DNA from: Mytilus californianus
Taxonomy: Eukaryota
Assembly (NCBI RefSeq): GCF_021869535.1
Contig: NW_026262581.1
Coordinates: 114,762,001 to 114,826,000 of the forward strand
Reading direction: 5' to 3'
DNA: 64,000 bases
This document shows positions 59,925-64,000 of the stretch, in pieces. Position 1 is the stretch's first letter. Every line of letters starts with the position of its first letter. Position numbers and translations under genes: made by a program. The notes below the pieces were generated by a model. It was given only the letters and a program-made list of their open reading frames with translations, searched no databases and had not been told where the DNA came from.

Positions 59925-61868
59925 ATGAGAAGAAAACAGTATTTAAAAATCCTATGTCTATGCTGTTGTGTTCTATTCCTGTACAACCTCTACCACGCAA
60001 ATGTGTCGCCGTATCCACACAAAAATTACCATGAAGAAAATCCATCAACCAAGTTGAACTCACGACCTGTCTTTCTTGTAGACACTCCAACTTGTAAAAT
60101 TCCATTATTTTCACCATTTGATATTTCAATTGTTCAATTTTTGAAGCCTGGAAAGAAAATTTCTTGTAACAAATTTCTTCCATACACTTACGAAGATGGG
60201 ACTATTTTGCGAGTTAACTGGACAGCAATTCACCAATCACGTCATAAAGATACCTTCAAACATTGCCGATATCAACCAATCATAAGACCATTTGAAGCGG
60301 AGCATCACAATTATTTTGACTACGGCGACTACAGTAAAAAGTTCTATTCGTATATTGAAGTTCCATATGAATTTGTAAGAGTTCGATGCTATAACAGAGC
60401 TAATGGTAAAATATATACCAATTACCACCAGTTTATTTACCGAAAGAATGATATTGAAAAAGTAAAATCGACAGCTTTCGAAAAACATAGGGCGAAAGTT
60501 TCGGAAACTTTAAATGTTTTAATGGTTGGTGTTGATTCCATTTCTAGATTGAATTTTCAAAGATATATGCGAAAGACAAATGCCTTTTTATCAAACAGAC
60601 TAAACGCTTTTGACATGATGGGTTACAATAAAGTAGCAGACAACACATTTGTCAATATTGTTCCTATGACGCTTGGAAAGTTTTTAGAAGATGTCCCATG
60701 GAACGAATCACTTAGTGATATTTCATTTGATAGTTACAACTTTATATGGAAAATGTTTTCTGATCGTGGATATCGAACGTTATATGCTGAAGATGCTCCA
60801 AAAATTGCCATTTTCGATTATCTTAAAGCTGGATTTCATAAAGCACCAGCTGACTATTTCAACCGTCATTTTAGCATAGCTATGACTAAAGACAAACAAC
60901 TCTGGTATAATGAACATAACTGTCTTGTCAACAGACTAGAAACTGATGTAATTTTGAATTATACATTCCAATTTGCTTCTATTATGCAAAAGAATCCATA
61001 TTTTGCTTTCGCTTTTATCACTGGATTAACCCACGATTCTACAGAAAGTGCAGCCATGGCTGACGAATCATATTTCAGTTATCTGAAATCCCTTTATGAG
61101 CAACACATGCTTAACAATACACTGCTAATATTTTACAGTGATCACGGGATGCGATTCGGAAAACTAAGGGAGACTTATATTGGAAAATTAGAGGAAAGAC
61201 TTCCATTTCTGTTTATAGTTTTACCAGAATGGTTCCGAAAGAAATATCCAGTAATTAGCCAAAGTCTCCACATCAACGAAAGACGTTTAATAACACCATT
61301 TGATATCTATGAAACACTCCAGGACGTTTTATTCTTTGGAACCGATCAGCGGGAGCAGTCGTCTTCAAGGGGAATAAGTTTGTTTCAAGAGGTGTCTGAT
61401 GAGCGCACCTGCTCTGAAATTGGAATTCTTCCGCATTGGTGTACATGTGCAAAAAATGTACCTCTACCTCCTGAAGACATAAAAATTCGCGACTTCGGAG
61501 AGCGAATTGTCACATCAATAAATCAGATTTTATCAACATATGTAGATTGTGCACGATTGACCCTAGAAAATGTACTTAGTGCCTCGAAGATTTTACCGTA
61601 TGATGAAATTCTTCGATTTAGGAAAAGTAAGAATGACGTTATAAACAGGAAAGTGACATTCGGCGACAAAGTTAACTCGTTTGTACATTACCAGCTTATC
61701 GTCCAGACAAGTCCAGGTAACGGACGATTTGAGGCCACTATAAAATATGACGAACTCCACGACTCTTCAAAAATTGCGAGTGATATTAGTAGAATAAATT
61801 TATATGGCAACCAATCAAATTGTGTAAATGATCATTCCATTAAGAAATATTGTTTTTGCAATATGTGA
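59925..61868 (+). CDS. DUF229 family protein (alkaline phosphatase/sulfatase superfamily), type II membrane anchor, 647 aa
   Basis: Acceptor tttattttAG at 59908, then ATG at 59925 (MRRKQYLKILCLCCCVLFLYNLY anchor). Motifs NVLMVGVDSISRLNF, GYNKVADNTFVN, GYRTLYAED, GLTHD, SDHGMRFG, EERLP, TPFDIYETL, GILPHWCTC, C-terminal KKYCFC. Confidence 0.9.
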   Translation: MRRKQYLKILCLCCCVLFLYNLYHANVSPYPHKNYHEENPSTKLNSRPVFLVDTPTCKIPLFSPFDISIVQFLKPGKKISCNKFLPYTYEDGTILRVNWTAIHQSRHKDTFKHCRYQPIIRPFEAEHHNYFDYGDYSKKFYSYIEVPYEFVRVRCYNRANGKIYTNYHQFIYRKNDIEKVKSTAFEKHRAKVSETLNVLMVGVDSISRLNFQRYMRKTNAFLSNRLNAFDMMGYNKVADNTFVNIVPMTLGKFLEDVPWNESLSDISFDSYNFIWKMFSDRGYRTLYAEDAPKIAIFDYLKAGFHKAPADYFNRHFSIAMTKDKQLWYNEHNCLVNRLETDVILNYTFQFASIMQKNPYFAFAFITGLTHDSTESAAMADESYFSYLKSLYEQHMLNNTLLIFYSDHGMRFGKLRETYIGKLEERLPFLFIVLPEWFRKKYPVISQSLHINERRLITPFDIYETLQDVLFFGTDQREQSSSRGISLFQEVSDERTCSEIGILPHWCTCAKNVPLPPEDIKIRDFGERIVTSINQILSTYVDCARLTLENVLSASKILPYDEILRFRKSKNDVINRKVTFGDKVNSFVHYQLIVQTSPGNGRFEATIKYDELHDSSKIASDISRINLYGNQSNCVNDHSIKKYCFCNM

Positions 61869-62374
61869 TACAAATAAAAGATTTTATACTTTTTTATATC
61901 AGTTATTTCGACTTCAAGACTATATTATGTCAGACCAACATGTTAATTGAATATATGTATAACAAATACTACCATCTGTGTGGCTTAGTTGCTTAAGAAC
62001 ATACACAAATGCTGTAAGTTTATACTGACCACATGAACATGCAAAAATGACATCAAAGCCACACGACTATTGGTTTAACCTCGTCCATTGGAGCACGAAA
62101 ATGAGATAAGACTAGCATATCCAAAAATTGAATAGTGTTACTAGTATCTTATTTTATAAAATTTGCTAAAACAGGCCCAATTCTGATTATTTTATCTAGA
62201 TCACTATGGTTTGAACATGAGGTTAAAACCCTATGACACGTCAATTGAAAATGCAAGATGTCTTTTGGTTTTTTCTTTTTTTAGTTGTCTTGTGTTTCTG
62301 TTTCAGTAAGTAAAACCCTACATTCTCGCTTGCAAAGTTACCTAGTAATAATATCATCTCACTCGTGATAAGGT

Positions 62375-64000
62375 CAAGCCATATGCCATGGGATATGTAG
62401 TCACGCAAAGTAACTGAGGAATATACCTCAGGTCAGGTTATATACCATGGGGTATATAGTGCTCACTACAAATAATATATAGTAAAGCATATCAACAGAG
62501 GAATATAACTAGGGTCAAGTCATATACCATGGAGAATGTAGTGCTCACAACAAATACTATCGTCATGGATAGTAACTGAGGAATATACCTAAGGTCAGGT
62601 CATATGCCACGGGGTGTGAAGTGCTCACTACAAATAAAATAGTCGAGCATACTAAACGAGGAATATAACTAGGGTCAGGTCATATGCAATAGGGTATGTA
62701 GTGCTCACTACAAATACTATAGTCATGGATAGTAACTGAGGAATATACCAAAGGTTAGGTCATATGCCATGGGGTATGTAGTACTCACAACAAATAATAT
62801 AGTCATGGATGGTAACTGAGGAATATACCTCAGGTCTGGTCATATGCCATGGGGTATGTAGTGCTCACAACAAATAATATAGTCATGGATGGTAACTGAG
62901 GAATATACCTCAGGTCTGGTCATATGCCATGGGGTGTGTAGTACTCACAACAAATACTATCGTCATGGATAGCAACTGAGGAATATGCCTTAGGTCAGGT
63001 CATATGCCATAGGGTATGTAGTGCGCACAACAAAAAATATAGTCACGCAAAGTAACCGAGGAATATACCTCAGGTCTGGTCATATGCTATGGGGTATGTA
63101 GTGCTCACAACAAATACTATCGCCATGGATAGCAACTGAGGAATATACCCAAGGTCAGGTCATATGCCATGGGGTATGTAGTGCTCACTACAAATACTAT
63201 AGTCATGGATAGTAACTGAGGAATTATACCCAAGGTCAGGTCATATATGCCATGGGGTATGTAGTGCTCACTACAAATACTATAGTCATGGATAGCAACT
63301 GAGGAATATACCCAAGGTCAGGCCATATGCCATGGGGTATGTAGTACTCACAACAAATACTATCGTCATGGATAGCAACTGAGGAATATACCTTAGGTCA
63401 GGTCATATGTCATGGGGTATGTAGCGCTCACAACAAATACTATAGTTATGGATAGCAACTGAGGAATATACCTTAGGTCAGGTCATATGCCATAGAGTAT
63501 GTAGTGCTCACTACAAATACTATAGTCATGGATAGCAACTGAGGAATATACCCAAGGTCAGGCCATATGCCATGGGGTATGTAGTACTCACAACAAATAC
63601 TATCGTCATGGATAGCAACTGAGGAATATACCTTAGGTCAGGTCATATGTCATGGGGTATGTAGCGCTCACAACAAATACTATAGTTATGGATAGCAACT
63701 GAGGAATATACCTTAGGTCAGGTCATATGCCATAGAGTATGTAGTGCTCACAACAAATACTATCGTCATGGATAGTAACTGAGAAATATACCAAAGGTCA
63801 GATCATATGCCATGGGGTATGTAGTGCTCACAACAAATACTATAGTCATGGATAGCAACTGAGGAATATACCTCAGGTCTGGTCATATGCCATGGGGTAT
63901 GTAGTACTCACAACAAATACTATCGCCATGGATAGCAACTGAGGAATATACCTTAGGTCAGGTCATATGCCATGGGGTATGTAGTACTCGCAAACAAATA
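62375..64000. repeat. 80-bp minisatellite, about 20 copies, runs off the window end
   Basis: Unit gaggaatatacccaaggtcaggtcatatgccatggggtatgtagtgctcacaacaaatactatagtcatggatagcaact; 5' units more diverged. Confidence 0.95.

Overview
AT-rich, intron-containing eukaryotic DNA, not prokaryotic. The repeat landscape (Helentron-type HINE elements with internal tandem arrays, CR1 and RTEX LINEs, Penelope-like RT scraps) suggests a bivalve mollusc such as Mytilus; this is inference from recalled repeat families. Four host genes are supported. (1) A minus-strand modular extracellular gene, mostly missed by the ORF track, built from five phase-1/phase-1 exons: two chitin-binding type-2-like modules, then three EGF modules (14813 to 1169; neither end of the gene found). 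(2) A SREB/GPR85-like class A GPCR with a single coding exon (30840-32018). (3) A three-coding-exon CARD plus long coiled-coil gene (36800-44206, about 414 aa). (4) A DUF229 alkaline-phosphatase-superfamily type II membrane protein (59925-61868) with a probable upstream exon carrying a uORF. The rest is transposons and tandem repeats: a near-intact PHD-APE-RT CR1-type LINE with a decayed 2A-like NPGP motif, a truncated RTEX-like LINE, MITEs with several TSD types, two 60-70 bp mini-transposons, several Helentron-associated elements including a recombinant triplet, and about ten minisatellites, some with higher-order structure. All splice models and alignments were read by eye.
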